Origin: Candidatus Methylomirabilota bacterium
GTDB lineage: Bacteria; Methylomirabilota; Methylomirabilia; Rokubacteriales; DASRDR01
DNA length: 64,000 bases
Direction of reading: 5' to 3'
Assembly: GCA_036001225.1 (NCBI GenBank)
Contig: DASYUM010000339.1
Coordinates: 2,808 to 66,807, forward strand
Positions within the stretch are counted from its first letter, which is position 1. Every line of letters starts with the position of its first letter. Positions 18,957-28,871 of this stretch are shown piece by piece. The notes under the pieces are model-generated. The model was not told the origin of the DNA and made no database searches. It saw only the letters and a list, made by a program, of their open reading frames with translations. The position numbers and the translations under genes were made by a program.

Positions 18957-20204
18957 TCAGCCGATGAAGCGCCAGTCATAGGGCGCCCGGGAGATAACCT
19001 CCGGCCCGTGGGCGGTGACGATCAGCTGTTCCTCGAGCTTGACGCTCTCGCGGCCGTTTTCCTCTCCGACCAGGGCCTCGACGCAGATCACCATGTTCTC
19101 CTGGAGCACCTCCGGGTCGTTGCCGAAACCACTCCAGCTCATGTCCGGGAAGTAGATCGCCGGCCACTCGTCGGACATCCCCGCGCCGTGGGCCAGCACC
19201 ACATAGCGGCTCGCCTTGTACTTTTCGGGGAACGCCGGCGCCTTCTCGGCGATCTCCTGAAAGCCCATCCCGGGCCGAAACAGCGGAATCGATTCCTGGA
19301 TGAAGCGGTGGGCGAATGCGTAGAGCTCCCGCTGCTCGGCGGTGGGCGGGCGGTCGCCGCAGAGGTAAGTCCGGGAGATGTCCGCGAAGTAGCCGAGCGG
19401 ACCTGCCATGTCGGTGTCGAACGCGACCAACTCGCCGTCGCGGACCAAACGGTCGGACGCCGCCTGATACCAGGGATTGGTGTGTCCCCCGGCGGTCAGC
19501 AAGCGGCCGTCGGCGTGCTCCCCGCCCAGCCGGATGTTGGTCCCGGTGAGGACCGCCCACAGCTCGTTTTCGGTCACGCCGGGGCGGATCGCGTCCCGGA
19601 GCGCGCAGATGGCGGCGTCGACGACGGCGCAGGCCTGCCGGATCAGCGTCAGCTCATCCGGGGTCTTGATGGCGCGCGCCTTCTCGACCGCCACCCGGGC
19701 GTCGGCCAGCCGGAGCTGCTGCGCCCGGAGCGCCTCGAATCCGACGAAGTCGAGGCGATCGATCCCGATCCGCTCCCGGCCCAAGCCCAGCTCGTCGATG
19801 GTCGCCTTGAGGTCGGCCGCCCACCGCCGGGCGGCCTCCCCCAGGTTCCGCCCACAGGGGAAGAAGTCCCAGGTCCGGGCGTTCCGGACGTCGAGGGTGG
19901 CGTCGCCGGCCAGGCTGTCGGTGACGCCGCCGAAGAGGATCGCCCGCCCGGTGCGGGGGACGAGGGCGTAGCGGTAGTAGAAGCGGAGGCCGTAACCGGT
20001 CGAGGAGTCACGGGTGCCGGTGGCGTAGCGGATGTTGAGCGGGTCGTAGAGAAGGGCGGCGCCCAGCTCCGCCCGCCCGAGCTCGGCCTGCAGGCGGGCC
20101 AGCCGCTCGCGCTTCAGCCGCGCGGCGTCGACGCGCGGCTCGTAATCGACGATCTGCTGGCCTACGAGGTCCCGCTGGTGCACCCCCGTGACTTCGCTCG
20201 CCAT
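18957..20204 (-). CDS. M24-family metallopeptidase (creatinase/prolidase N-domain + Xaa-Pro aminopeptidase-like)
   Basis: 415 aa. M24 metal-ligand context (…HGAGMSDEWP…, …VICVEALVGEENGRESVKLEEQ…). Confidence 0.75.
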   Translation of the reverse strand: MASEVTGVHQRDLVGQQIVDYEPRVDAARLKRERLARLQAELGRAELGAALLYDPLNIRYATGTRDSSTGYGLRFYYRYALVPRTGRAILFGGVTDSLAGDATLDVRNARTWDFFPCGRNLGEAARRWAADLKATIDELGLGRERIGIDRLDFVGFEALRAQQLRLADARVAVEKARAIKTPDELTLIRQACAVVDAAICALRDAIRPGVTENELWAVLTGTNIRLGGEHADGRLLTAGGHTNPWYQAASDRLVRDGELVAFDTDMAGPLGYFADISRTYLCGDRPPTAEQRELYAFAHRFIQESIPLFRPGMGFQEIAEKAPAFPEKYKASRYVVLAHGAGMSDEWPAIYFPDMSWSGFGNDPEVLQENMVICVEALVGEENGRESVKLEEQLIVTAHGPEVISRAPYDWRFIG

Positions 20205-20231
20205 GGCTCGCCTCCGTCGTCGGAAGACCGG

Positions 20232-21479
20232 CTATCGCAGGGTGAGGCCCGCCGGGTCGTGGTCCGGCTTCCGGCCCGCCACCAGATCGGTGACGATCCG
20301 AGCGGTGCCGAATGCCATCGTCCACCCCATGTGGCCATGCCCGACATTGAGGAACAGGTTCGGGTGCCGGCCCGTCCCCACGATCGGCCGCCCATCCGGT
20401 GTCATCGGCCGGAGACAGGCGCGATACTCCCCCCGGTCGTAGTCGGCCGCGTCCGGGAACACGTCGCGCGCCAGCCGCAGGATGTTGTTGAAGTCCCGGG
20501 GCGTCCAGCTCCAGTCGTACCCGGCGAACTCCGCGGTCGAGGTGAGGCGGAGCCGGTCGCCCAGCCGCGACCATCCCACCAGCCACTGTTCATCGACGCC
20601 GGGCAGGGTCGGCGCCAGCCCCCGGGGCCGGAGGGGGAACGTCGACGAATATCCCTTGGCCGGATAGATCGCCAGCCGGACGCCGATCGTCCGCGCCACC
20701 ACGGGGCTCCCCACGCCGAGGGCGAGCACGTAGCTGTCGGCGGTCAGCACGCCGCGATCGGTCAGCACCCCGGTCACCCGGTCGCCCTCCGCGCGGAGCG
20801 CGGTGACCCGCGTCCCGAGCTGGACGCTCGCCCCGAACTTCTCGCGGCAGATCCGGGCCAGGTTCTCGGTGAACACCCGGGCGTCCCCGCTCGAATCGGT
20901 CAGATCGCGGACCGCCCCCGCGATCTTGTGCTTGACCGGCTCGAAGACCGGGTCGAGCTTCGCCACCGCGTCGGCGTCGAGGATCTCCTGCTGCTGGCCG
21001 TGCTCGGAAAGGAGCGCCATTTTCTTGATCCCCGCCGCCAGCTCGGCCGGGTCGCGATAGACGTAGAGCGCGCCGCGCGTGATCGCGTGATACGCGATCC
21101 CCTCGGTCCGCACCAGCTCGGTCATGACCGCCTGGCTGTATTGACAGAGCCGCAGCTTGATCAGCGTGTTGCGGCGCGCCCGCTCGGCGGTGCACTCCCG
21201 CAGGAACTTCACGCCCCAGGCGTAGAGCTGCGGGTCGGGCTTCAGCCTGACCCGGATCGCGGTTTCCTTGCCGAGGAGCGACCGCACCAGCTGGCCCGGC
21301 GCCCGCGGCGAGGCCCAGGCGAACGAGTGCCCGGGCGCGATCACGCCGGCATTGCCCGAGGTCGCCTCCAGGCCGAGGGCGTCCTTCTCCTCGACCAGGG
21401 TCACGTCGTGGCCGTCCTGGCCCAGATAATAGGCGGTCGTGACCCCGACGATGCCACCGCCCAGGATGAGGGTCTTCAT
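20232..21479 (-). CDS. FAD-dependent oxidoreductase (D-amino-acid dehydrogenase DadA / glycine-sarcosine oxidase-like)
   Basis: N-terminal GxGxxG motif MKTLILGGGIVGVTTAYYL. 415 aa. Confidence 0.8.
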   Translation of the reverse strand: MKTLILGGGIVGVTTAYYLGQDGHDVTLVEEKDALGLEATSGNAGVIAPGHSFAWASPRAPGQLVRSLLGKETAIRVRLKPDPQLYAWGVKFLRECTAERARRNTLIKLRLCQYSQAVMTELVRTEGIAYHAITRGALYVYRDPAELAAGIKKMALLSEHGQQQEILDADAVAKLDPVFEPVKHKIAGAVRDLTDSSGDARVFTENLARICREKFGASVQLGTRVTALRAEGDRVTGVLTDRGVLTADSYVLALGVGSPVVARTIGVRLAIYPAKGYSSTFPLRPRGLAPTLPGVDEQWLVGWSRLGDRLRLTSTAEFAGYDWSWTPRDFNNILRLARDVFPDAADYDRGEYRACLRPMTPDGRPIVGTGRHPNLFLNVGHGHMGWTMAFGTARIVTDLVAGRKPDHDPAGLTLR

Positions 21480-21570
21480 GCGCTGGCCTCACCAGCCCGG
21501 CGCGGCACCGGGCCGTCGAACAGTTCGCCGCTGCCTCTCCGGACCGGAATGGGCGTCGGCCTCGGCCGGG

Positions 21571-21894
21571 TCACTGGAGGACATCGTCGGCGCGGACCAG
21601 GATCGATTGGGGGATCGTGAGCCGGAGCGCCTTCGCGATCAGGTCGGCGGCCAGGCCGGGCAGTCGCTCCAGCCGCCCCTCGGCCGTCTGAAAGTCGATC
21701 GCCAGGTTCCGGCCGTCGACGTAGCCCAACTCCCGCAATCTCTGCTCGAGCCCCTGGTAAGTGGGGGCAGACCGCGGGACCCCGACGCTGAGAATGGCTA
21801 TCCGCCAGACCGTCGCCGGCGGCTGGGCCTCGCCAGCGGGCACGCCGCCGAGCCCGAGGACGAGTGCGAGCAGGAGCGCCGCGCGCCGTCTCAC
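21571..21894 (-). pseudogene. Remnant (~107 aa) of an ABC transporter substrate-binding protein (ABC_sub_bind/DUF534 type), internally deleted and truncated
   Basis: Signal-peptide-like RRRAALLLALVLGLGG followed by RIAILSVGVP…ELGYVDGRNLAIDF…TIPQSILVRADDV. It ends after ~110 aa, whereas full-length homologues are ~320 aa. Its GTG overlaps the cupin stop (GTGA). Confidence 0.5.
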
Positions 21895-22379
21895 CGCAAG
21901 TGGGCGGCGCGCTCGGCCTGGAGCTTCGGGTCGGCGTAGCTCATTAAGTCCGGCTGGGCTCGGCCGAGCATCACCTGGATGTAGGCCGGCTCGAGCCCCA
22001 CGTTCTCGAAGCCGTGGACGACGCCGGCCGGCGCCGAGACGCAGTCCCACCGGCCGAGGGCGGCCTCCGCCCGGCGTCCGTCGGCGTCGTCGAAGAAGAC
22101 CTTCACCTTGCCGTCGAGGACGAAGAAGACCTCCTCGACCTCGTGGGAGTGGGGAGCATTGCCCTGCCCGGGCGGGACGAACATCACGCTGAGGGTGAAG
22201 TGCTCGGCGGCGATCGCCCGGGCGTCGGCCTTGCCGGAGGCCCCGGTGCCGATGTAGCGGTGCTGGGCGCGGCGGTAGCCGTCGACGCGCGCGTCGGCGA
22301 AGGCCTCCCAGTCCGCCACCCGATCGACGAAGCGGGCGATGCGCGTGCGGAGCAGCTCCTCGAGCGCGGCCGTCGTCAT
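21891..22379 (-). CDS. Cupin-domain protein
   Basis: 162 aa with a single cupin motif (…PPGQGNAPHSHEVEEVFFVLDGKVKV…HGFENVG). Confidence 0.7.
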   Translation of the reverse strand: MTTAALEELLRTRIARFVDRVADWEAFADARVDGYRRAQHRYIGTGASGKADARAIAAEHFTLSVMFVPPGQGNAPHSHEVEEVFFVLDGKVKVFFDDADGRRAEAALGRWDCVSAPAGVVHGFENVGLEPAYIQVMLGRAQPDLMSYADPKLQAERAAHLR

Positions 22380-22392
22380 CGCGGCACCCTCC

Positions 22393-24420
22393 TCACTCGC
22401 CGTATCCCAGCCAGACGAACACCTGGCCGGGCGGGAACGGCACGCCGAGCGCCTTCTCGAAGATCCCGTAGACGAACGCGAAGCCGAAGAGGCCGAGGCC
22501 GATCGTGATGGGCCAGCGCTCGCCGGCGCCGACTTTGAGATAGCCGAACGTCATCACCAGCGTCCCGAGGGAGAAGCCGAGCAGCCAGATCGCCGCGAAA
22601 TACCCGAGCGTCCAGAAGCCCACCTGGATCGTGCGGCGCGTCGCCACGGCGGCGGGCACGTCCGCGCTCGCGTCGAACGCGTCCATCGCCACGCCGCCCC
22701 GCCGGCCGGTGGCCTCGCGGGCGAACTGAACGATCCCGAGCGCCAGCGTCGGGATGCCGACCGCCCACGGGAAGAGGCCGGCTCGCACGCCGAAGTCCCG
22801 GCTCGTCCACAGCGCCCACCCGAACAGGAGGACGAGGGCCAGGCAGAAGGCCGTCGTCCCATCGAGCCGCAGACCCGGAGGCCGCTCCATCGCGCTCCGA
22901 TCCGAGACGACGACGATGGGGACCGCGCCCTGCCGGCGGCGCCGGCGCGCGTTCCAGACCGGGACGACGAGGCCAGCCGCGATGATCGCCAGCAGCACGA
23001 GCACGCCGGGCCGCAGCAGCCAGGCCGGGCCATAGTTGTCGGTGGAGAGGAAGAGCTTGTTCTCGGCGAGCGGACCCAGGACGAGGCCGAGCAGGAGCGG
23101 CGGCCGCGGCCAGCCGAGGCGGGCCATCATCCAGCCGAGGGCGCCGAAGGCCAGCACGACCCCGAGGTCCTCAAACACGTTCTTCTCGGCGAACGCCCCG
23201 ACGTAGACCAGCGTCAGGATGAACGGGATCAGCAGCGAGCCGCGGATCTGGGTGATGCGGGCGAGCCGGTTCATGAAGGCCAGGCAGACCGCGACCGTGA
23301 TGACGTTGGAGACGACGATGGTCCACACCATCGAGAACGTCACCGCCAGATGCCCCTTGGGCGCCGGGGTCAGCATCGCCGGCCCGGGGACCAGGCCCTG
23401 GATGAGAAAGGCCCCCATCAGGATGGCCGTGCCGACGCTGGCCGGAACGCCGAACGCGACGGTGGTGACCAGGCTCCCCCCGAGCGTCGAGTTGTTGGCG
23501 GCGCCGGGCCCGAGCACGCCTTCCACCGCTCCCCGGCCGAACCGCTCCCGGTTCGGCGAGCTCTGGACCGCGTGGGCGTACGCCAGCCACTGGGTCGTGG
23601 CGGCACCCATCCCCGGGATGATGGCGATGAACGTGCCGACGGCGCTACAGCGGATGACCAGCCACCAGTGCCGAAAGGTATCGCGGACGCCCTGCCAGAC
23701 ACCGCCGATCTCGCCGACGTCCAGCTTGGCGATGGCGGAGCCCTGGACGGCGAGGTCGATGACCTCGGGGATCGCGTAGAAGCCGATCGTGACCGGAACC
23801 AGCCCGATCCCGTCCCACAGGAAGAGCTGGCCGAACGTGTACCGCTGGATGCCGGAGACCGGATCGAGGCCGATGGTCGCCAGCCACAGCCCGAGGCCGC
23901 CGGCGACGAGTCCCCGCAGGAGGGCCTGGCCGCTCAGCGCGGCGACGAAGGTGATGCCGAGGAGGGCGAGCATGAAGAACTCGGGGGAGCCGAACGTCAG
24001 GACCAGCGGCCGGACGATCGGGATGGCCACGCCGAGGACGAACGCCCCGAAGACCGCGCCGATCAGCGAGCTCATCATCGCGGCCCCCAGCGCCCGGCCG
24101 GCCTCGCCGTTCTTGGCCATGGCGTGGCCGTCGACGATGGTGGCGGCCGAGGTCGGCTCGCCGGGGATGCCGAAGAGGATCGAGGTGATGTCACCGGTGG
24201 TGTTGGTCACCGCGAACATCCCGAGCAGGAACGCGAAGGCCTCGACGGGCGTCATCTTGAAGACGAACGGCAGCATGAGGGCGAGGGTGGTGGGCCCGCC
24301 CAGGCCGGGGAGGATCCCGACCACGAAGCCGATGACGATACCGATCAGCATGAGGCCGAAGGTGGGCCAGGCGAAGACCTGGACCAGCCCGACCCAGCTG
24401 GAGTGAGCGAACTCGACTAT
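22393..24420 (-). CDS. tctA: Tripartite tricarboxylate transporter large permease TctA with a C-terminal TctB-like small-subunit domain fused in frame
   Basis: The N-terminus aligns residue-for-residue with the canonical TctA start (…GF…TP…LIG…VGILPGLGG). No canonical start codon is present at that position (GTC/ATA at 24415-24420). After ~500 aa (…VPVWNARRRRRQ) a ~170-aa four-TM extension runs to 22393. The upstream 200 aa of the 893-aa ORF in the track are junk overlapping tctC. Confidence 0.6.
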   Translation of the reverse strand: MVEFAHSSWVGLVQVFAWPTFGLMLIGIVIGFVVGILPGLGGPTTLALMLPFVFKMTPVEAFAFLLGMFAVTNTTGDITSILFGIPGEPTSAATIVDGHAMAKNGEAGRALGAAMMSSLIGAVFGAFVLGVAIPIVRPLVLTFGSPEFFMLALLGITFVAALSGQALLRGLVAGGLGLWLATIGLDPVSGIQRYTFGQLFLWDGIGLVPVTIGFYAIPEVIDLAVQGSAIAKLDVGEIGGVWQGVRDTFRHWWLVIRCSAVGTFIAIIPGMGAATTQWLAYAHAVQSSPNRERFGRGAVEGVLGPGAANNSTLGGSLVTTVAFGVPASVGTAILMGAFLIQGLVPGPAMLTPAPKGHLAVTFSMVWTIVVSNVITVAVCLAFMNRLARITQIRGSLLIPFILTLVYVGAFAEKNVFEDLGVVLAFGALGWMMARLGWPRPPLLLGLVLGPLAENKLFLSTDNYGPAWLLRPGVLVLLAIIAAGLVVPVWNARRRRRQGAVPIVVVSDRSAMERPPGLRLDGTTAFCLALVLLFGWALWTSRDFGVRAGLFPWAVGIPTLALGIVQFAREATGRRGGVAMDAFDASADVPAAVATRRTIQVGFWTLGYFAAIWLLGFSLGTLVMTFGYLKVGAGERWPITIGLGLFGFAFVYGIFEKALGVPFPPGQVFVWLGYGE

Positions 24421-25451
24421 CGGAGGAGCCCCTTGAGCTTGGCCACCACCGTCGGGTCGAGGCGGAACAGCTCCTCGACCAGGCGTTCCAGCTCCACCCC
24501 GCCGACCGGGTCCACTTCCAGCTTCGCCTGCCGCGCGTCGGCCAGGAACTCGGGGTCGCGCAGCGTCTGGCTGAAGGCGGCGCGGAGCACCTGGACGCGG
24601 TCGGCCGGGGTGCCGGGCGGCAGCGCGTAGAGCCGGCTGATGGCGGCGGGGACGATCACCGCCGCCCGCAGGAGCTGGCGGGCCTCCTCGCTGCGGAAGA
24701 GGTCGAGTGCGAGGGGCACCTGGGGCAGTTCGGCCAGGGGTTTCTCGGTCACCTGGAGAACGATGGCGATCTCCCCGGCGTCGAGGGCCTTGCGCCAGGT
24801 CACCTTGACCGATTCCCACTGCCAGCACCCGCCGGCCACCTCGCCGGACTCGGCGGCCAGCCGGATCTCGGCGGTCCCCTTGTAGCCGCGCACGAGCTGG
24901 ATCGGCAGGCCGGCGGCCTGGAGAATCCGCGCCGTGTCGTGGGTCGTGTCGCCCGGCCCGACCCCGCCCAGCTTCACCGGGACCCGGGCCGCCATCCACT
25001 GCTCGGCGGTCACGATCCCGCTCGCCCGGGTCAGCGCGCAGATCGTGTTGTCCCGGACCGGGACGCCGAGCCACACGAACCTCCGGGCGTCGAACTCGAT
25101 CCCCTCGCGGCCGAGGAGCTGGCCGACGAGCTGGTTGCCGTGGAAATTGACGATGGTGAGGCCGTCGGGCTTGGCGACCTTGTAGGCGTGGTTGGCGGCG
25201 ATGATGCTGGCCGCGCCCGGCATGTTCTCCACGACGACGGCGGGCCGGCCGGGAAGGTGCTTGGCGAGGTGCCGGGCGATCGCCCGCGAGTAGGTGTCGA
25301 AGCCGCCGCCGGCCGTGAAGCCGACGACGATGCGGACCGTCTTGCCCTCGAAGACGCGGGGCTGGCCGTCGGCCGGACGGCCGGCGACCAGGGCGGCGAG
25401 GAGCGCGAGGGCGGCGGCCAGCGCTCGGCGCCCATGAGGGCGTCGGTCCAA
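24417..25451 (-). CDS. tctC: Tripartite tricarboxylate transporter substrate-binding protein TctC (Bug family), paralogue 1
   Basis: A TTG start at 25449-25451 gives the signal peptide MDRRPHGRRALAAALALLAALVAG. Bug/TctC fold sequence follows (RIVVGFTAGGGFDTYSR…). Confidence 0.7.
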   Translation of the reverse strand: MDRRPHGRRALAAALALLAALVAGRPADGQPRVFEGKTVRIVVGFTAGGGFDTYSRAIARHLAKHLPGRPAVVVENMPGAASIIAANHAYKVAKPDGLTIVNFHGNQLVGQLLGREGIEFDARRFVWLGVPVRDNTICALTRASGIVTAEQWMAARVPVKLGGVGPGDTTHDTARILQAAGLPIQLVRGYKGTAEIRLAAESGEVAGGCWQWESVKVTWRKALDAGEIAIVLQVTEKPLAELPQVPLALDLFRSEEARQLLRAAVIVPAAISRLYALPPGTPADRVQVLRAAFSQTLRDPEFLADARQAKLEVDPVGGVELERLVEELFRLDPTVVAKLKGLLR

Positions 25452-25572
25452 TCGCGCGCGGCCGGAGACTGAATCGCCGACCGTATGGTGGTCCGCTCCG
25501 AGCGGCGGCTTTGCCGCCGCAATTTTCCTGGGGGAGGTCTCGGAGGGGGCCGTCGAGGCCCCCTCCGAAAAT

Positions 25573-26604
25573 CTAGTCATACAGGATCGTCTTCAGCCGG
25601 GCGATCATGGGCGGCTCCAGCTTGAACAGCCGCTCGACGACGCGCTCGAGCTCGTCCCCGGGGATCGGCTCGATCTCGAGCTTCGCCCGCTCGGCTTCGG
25701 CGAGGAACTCCTTGTCACGTAGCGTGGCCGCGAACGCGCGGCGCAAGAGCTGCACGCGGTCCCTGGGGGTCCCCGGCGGCAAGGCGAGCGAGCGGACGAC
25801 GGCGCTGTCGGCGTGGATCGCGACTTCGATCACGCGGCGCGCCTCGTCGGTCTTGGCGAGGTCGATGGCGAGCGGGACGCCGGGCAGCTCGGGGTGGCTC
25901 TTCGGCGCGAGCTGGAGGAGGACCACCAGCTCGCCGGCGTCCAGCGCCTTCCGCCAGGTCGCGCGGATCGAGCCCCAGTTGAAACAGGTGCCGGCCAGCT
26001 CCCCGGCCTCCACCGCGAGCCGGATGTCGGCGGTGCCCTTGTAGCCGGTGACGAGCTGGATCGGGAGCCCGAGCGCCGCCTTGATCGCCCGGGTGGCGTT
26101 GTCCGGGGTGCTGGAACCCGGCGCGACCCCGCCCATCTTCACCGGCGCCGGGGCCGTCATCCACTTCTCCAGGGTCGTGATGCCGCTGGCCTTCGCCATG
26201 ACGCAGACGACGTGATCGTTGGCGGGGGCGCCGAGGAACTCGAACTTCCGGGCGTCGAACTCGATGCCCTTCTGGCCCAGGACCTGGCCGAGGAACAGTC
26301 CGCCGATGAAGTGGCCGATGGTCAGCCCATCCGGCCGGGCGACCTTGTAGACGTGATTGGCCGCGATCAGGCTGCCCGCCCCCGGCATGTTCTCGACGAT
26401 GACCGTCGGGGCGCCGGGAAGCTGCCGGCCCAGGTGCCGGGCGAACGTGCGGGCGAACGTGTCGAAGCCCCCACCGGCCGAGAAGCCGACCACGATGCGG
26501 ATCGTCTTGCCCCGGTAGAAGTCGTCCTGGGCGACCGCCGCGGCCGGCGCGATGCCAGCCACGCCGAGCACGAGCAGAAGCCGCGCGAACCGGCCACGGG
26601 TCAT
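25573..26604 (-). CDS. tctC: Tripartite tricarboxylate transporter substrate-binding protein TctC (Bug family), paralogue 2
   Basis: ATG 26602-26604 is preceded by AAGGAG. Signal peptide MTRGRFARLLLVLGVAGIAPAAAVA. Roughly 60% identical to paralogue 1. Confidence 0.8.
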   Translation of the reverse strand: MTRGRFARLLLVLGVAGIAPAAAVAQDDFYRGKTIRIVVGFSAGGGFDTFARTFARHLGRQLPGAPTVIVENMPGAGSLIAANHVYKVARPDGLTIGHFIGGLFLGQVLGQKGIEFDARKFEFLGAPANDHVVCVMAKASGITTLEKWMTAPAPVKMGGVAPGSSTPDNATRAIKAALGLPIQLVTGYKGTADIRLAVEAGELAGTCFNWGSIRATWRKALDAGELVVLLQLAPKSHPELPGVPLAIDLAKTDEARRVIEVAIHADSAVVRSLALPPGTPRDRVQLLRRAFAATLRDKEFLAEAERAKLEIEPIPGDELERVVERLFKLEPPMIARLKTILYD

Positions 26605-28871
26605 GGGTGTTCTCCTTTTCGGGCGACGAGCGCCCGCCACACCCGCTCCGGGGTGAGCGGGAGGTCCGTGATGCGCACGCCCACGGCCCGCGCGAGCGCG
26701 TTGGCGATGGCCGGCGCGGTGGGGAGGAGGCCGCTTTCGCCGATCCCCTTGGCGCCGTACGGCCCCGGCCCGTCGCCGTTCTCGACCAGGATGCTCTCGT
26801 ACTCCACCGGCAGGTCACCCATCACCGGCACCCGATAGTCGATGAGCGACGGGTTCACCAGCTGACCGCCGTCGTAGACCAGCTGCTCGAAGAAGGTGTG
26901 GCCGAGACCCATCATGGCGCCTCCCTGCTCCTGCGCCTCGCACTCTCGCGGGTTGATCGCCCGGCCGACGTCGGCGACCGAGACATAGCGGAGCACGCCG
27001 ACCGCCCCCGTCTCCTCCTCGACCTCGACCTCGGCCGCCGCCATGCCGACCTCCCAGAACGGCGCCTCGCCGCCCAGGCGGGCCTGCCCCCGCTCGCCGC
27101 GATAGGTGCCCCGCCCGATCAGCTCGCCCCCCGGCATGCCGAAGTGGGCGGCGAGCGCCTCGGGGTAGGTCAGCGCGCCGGCGGGCGCCACGATCCGCCC
27201 GTCGCGCAGGGTCAGGCCGGCCCGGTCGCCCCCGAGCCGGCCGGCGGCGATGGCGAGGAGCTGGTCCCGGACGTCGCGGGCCGCGGCGAGGACGGCGAAG
27301 CCCAGCAGCGTCGTCGAGCGGCTCGCGCTGGTCGCCTGGTCGTAGGGCCCCAGGCCCGACTCCGGGCGGGCCGCCGCCACCCGACCGAGGGGAAGGGCCA
27401 GCTCCTCGGCGACGATCTGCAGGAGCACCGTGCGGACACCCTGGCCGCACTCGACGGTCCCGGTGAGGAGGGTGGCGCTCCCGTCGGCGTGCAGCCGCAC
27501 CATCGCGCTCGACACCGAGGGGGCGAGCGGCGCCTTGATGGTGCAGGCCAGCCCTTTCCCGCGGCGGGGCGCGGCCGGCGGCGCCGACCAGCCGATCGCG
27601 GTCGCCGCCTTCCGCAGCCCCTCGGCGAGGTCGCAGTCGATGGGCAGGTCGCCCTCCATGAACGTCTCCCCGCGCCGGAGCAGGTTCTTCACCCGCAGCT
27701 CGAGCGGGTCCATCCCGAGCCGTTCGGCGAGCACGTCCATCTGCGACTCGTAGGCCCAGGCGAGCTGGGGCACGCCGTAGCCGCGAAAGGCGACGCTCAC
27801 GACCGTGTTCGTGTAGACGCCGTAGGCGTCGATGCGGAGGTGGGGGAGGCGATAGGGCCCGGCCGAGGTGTAGGCCGACTTCTGGACGACCCGCGGCCCC
27901 ACGTCGGCGTATGCCCCGAGCTGGTAGTGGATCTCGCCCTGGCGCGCGACGAGAGTGCCGTCGCGACGGGCGCCGGTCTTGAGCCGATAGCGCACGGCCG
28001 CCCGCCGCACCGACTGGAAGGCCTCCTCGGCGGTGAGGGCCAGGCGCACCGGCCGCCGGACGGCGGCGGCGAGCGCGATCACGAGCGGCTCGATCTTCGT
28101 GTAGGACTTGTTCCCGTAGGCGGCGCCGAGATAGGGGACGATGACCTGGAGGCGGGCCAGCGGCACTCCGAACATCGCGGCCAGCTCCGCGCGCACCGGG
28201 AAGGGGTGCTGGGTCGACGCCCAGACCGTGATCCCCTGGCGATCGACCCGGGCGATGGCGCAGTGCGGCTCGAGCGCGCAGTGGTGCGCCATCGGGAAGG
28301 TATAGGTCTGCTCGACCACCAGATCGGCCTCGGCGAAGGCGCGGTCGGGGTCGCCCCGCTCGTAGTGGAAGTGGTGACAGACGTTGGTCCCCGCAATCGG
28401 GCGGAGCGTCCCCAGGTCCCGGAAGTGGCCGGCGGGGCGGGGCGACTCGTGTAGCAGCGGGGCGCCCGGCGCCAGCGCCTCGTCGAGGGTGATGACGACC
28501 GGCAGCTCGGCGAGGTCGACGGCGATCCGGCCGAGCGCCGCGTCCGCGTGGGCCGCCGTGTCGGCCACCACCGCCACCACGGGTTCGCCGGCGTAGCGCA
28601 CCACGCCGTCGGCCAGGAGCGGCTGGTCCTTGAAGGCCGGACCGTAGTAGAGGTCCTTCACCGGGAGGTCACGGGCGGTGAGGACGCCGATGACGCCGGC
28701 CGCCCGCGCGGCGCCGGCGGTGTCCACGCTCACGACGCGCGCGTGGGGAAGCGGGCTCCGCCAGAGCTTGGCGTGGACCATCCCGGGGACCACCAGGTCG
28801 GTGATGAACCCCGCCCGCCCGGTCGCCTTGGCCGGCGTATCGACGCGCGGCGCGGCGGTGCCGACGATCAC
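26601..28871 (-). CDS. Xanthine-dehydrogenase-family molybdopterin-binding large subunit (CoxL/XdhA-like), paralogue B
   Basis: GTG 28869-28871 overlaps the paralogue-A stop (GTGA). Aldehyde-oxidase/XDH a/b hammerhead and Mo-binding motifs (VAFRGYGVPQ, GQGVRTV…, ESGLLPTAPAIANAL). The 1478-aa ORF in the track is an artefact fusing A and B. Confidence 0.8.
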   Translation of the reverse strand: MIVGTAAPRVDTPAKATGRAGFITDLVVPGMVHAKLWRSPLPHARVVSVDTAGAARAAGVIGVLTARDLPVKDLYYGPAFKDQPLLADGVVRYAGEPVVAVVADTAAHADAALGRIAVDLAELPVVITLDEALAPGAPLLHESPRPAGHFRDLGTLRPIAGTNVCHHFHYERGDPDRAFAEADLVVEQTYTFPMAHHCALEPHCAIARVDRQGITVWASTQHPFPVRAELAAMFGVPLARLQVIVPYLGAAYGNKSYTKIEPLVIALAAAVRRPVRLALTAEEAFQSVRRAAVRYRLKTGARRDGTLVARQGEIHYQLGAYADVGPRVVQKSAYTSAGPYRLPHLRIDAYGVYTNTVVSVAFRGYGVPQLAWAYESQMDVLAERLGMDPLELRVKNLLRRGETFMEGDLPIDCDLAEGLRKAATAIGWSAPPAAPRRGKGLACTIKAPLAPSVSSAMVRLHADGSATLLTGTVECGQGVRTVLLQIVAEELALPLGRVAAARPESGLGPYDQATSASRSTTLLGFAVLAAARDVRDQLLAIAAGRLGGDRAGLTLRDGRIVAPAGALTYPEALAAHFGMPGGELIGRGTYRGERGQARLGGEAPFWEVGMAAAEVEVEEETGAVGVLRYVSVADVGRAINPRECEAQEQGGAMMGLGHTFFEQLVYDGGQLVNPSLIDYRVPVMGDLPVEYESILVENGDGPGPYGAKGIGESGLLPTAPAIANALARAVGVRITDLPLTPERVWRALVARKGEHP

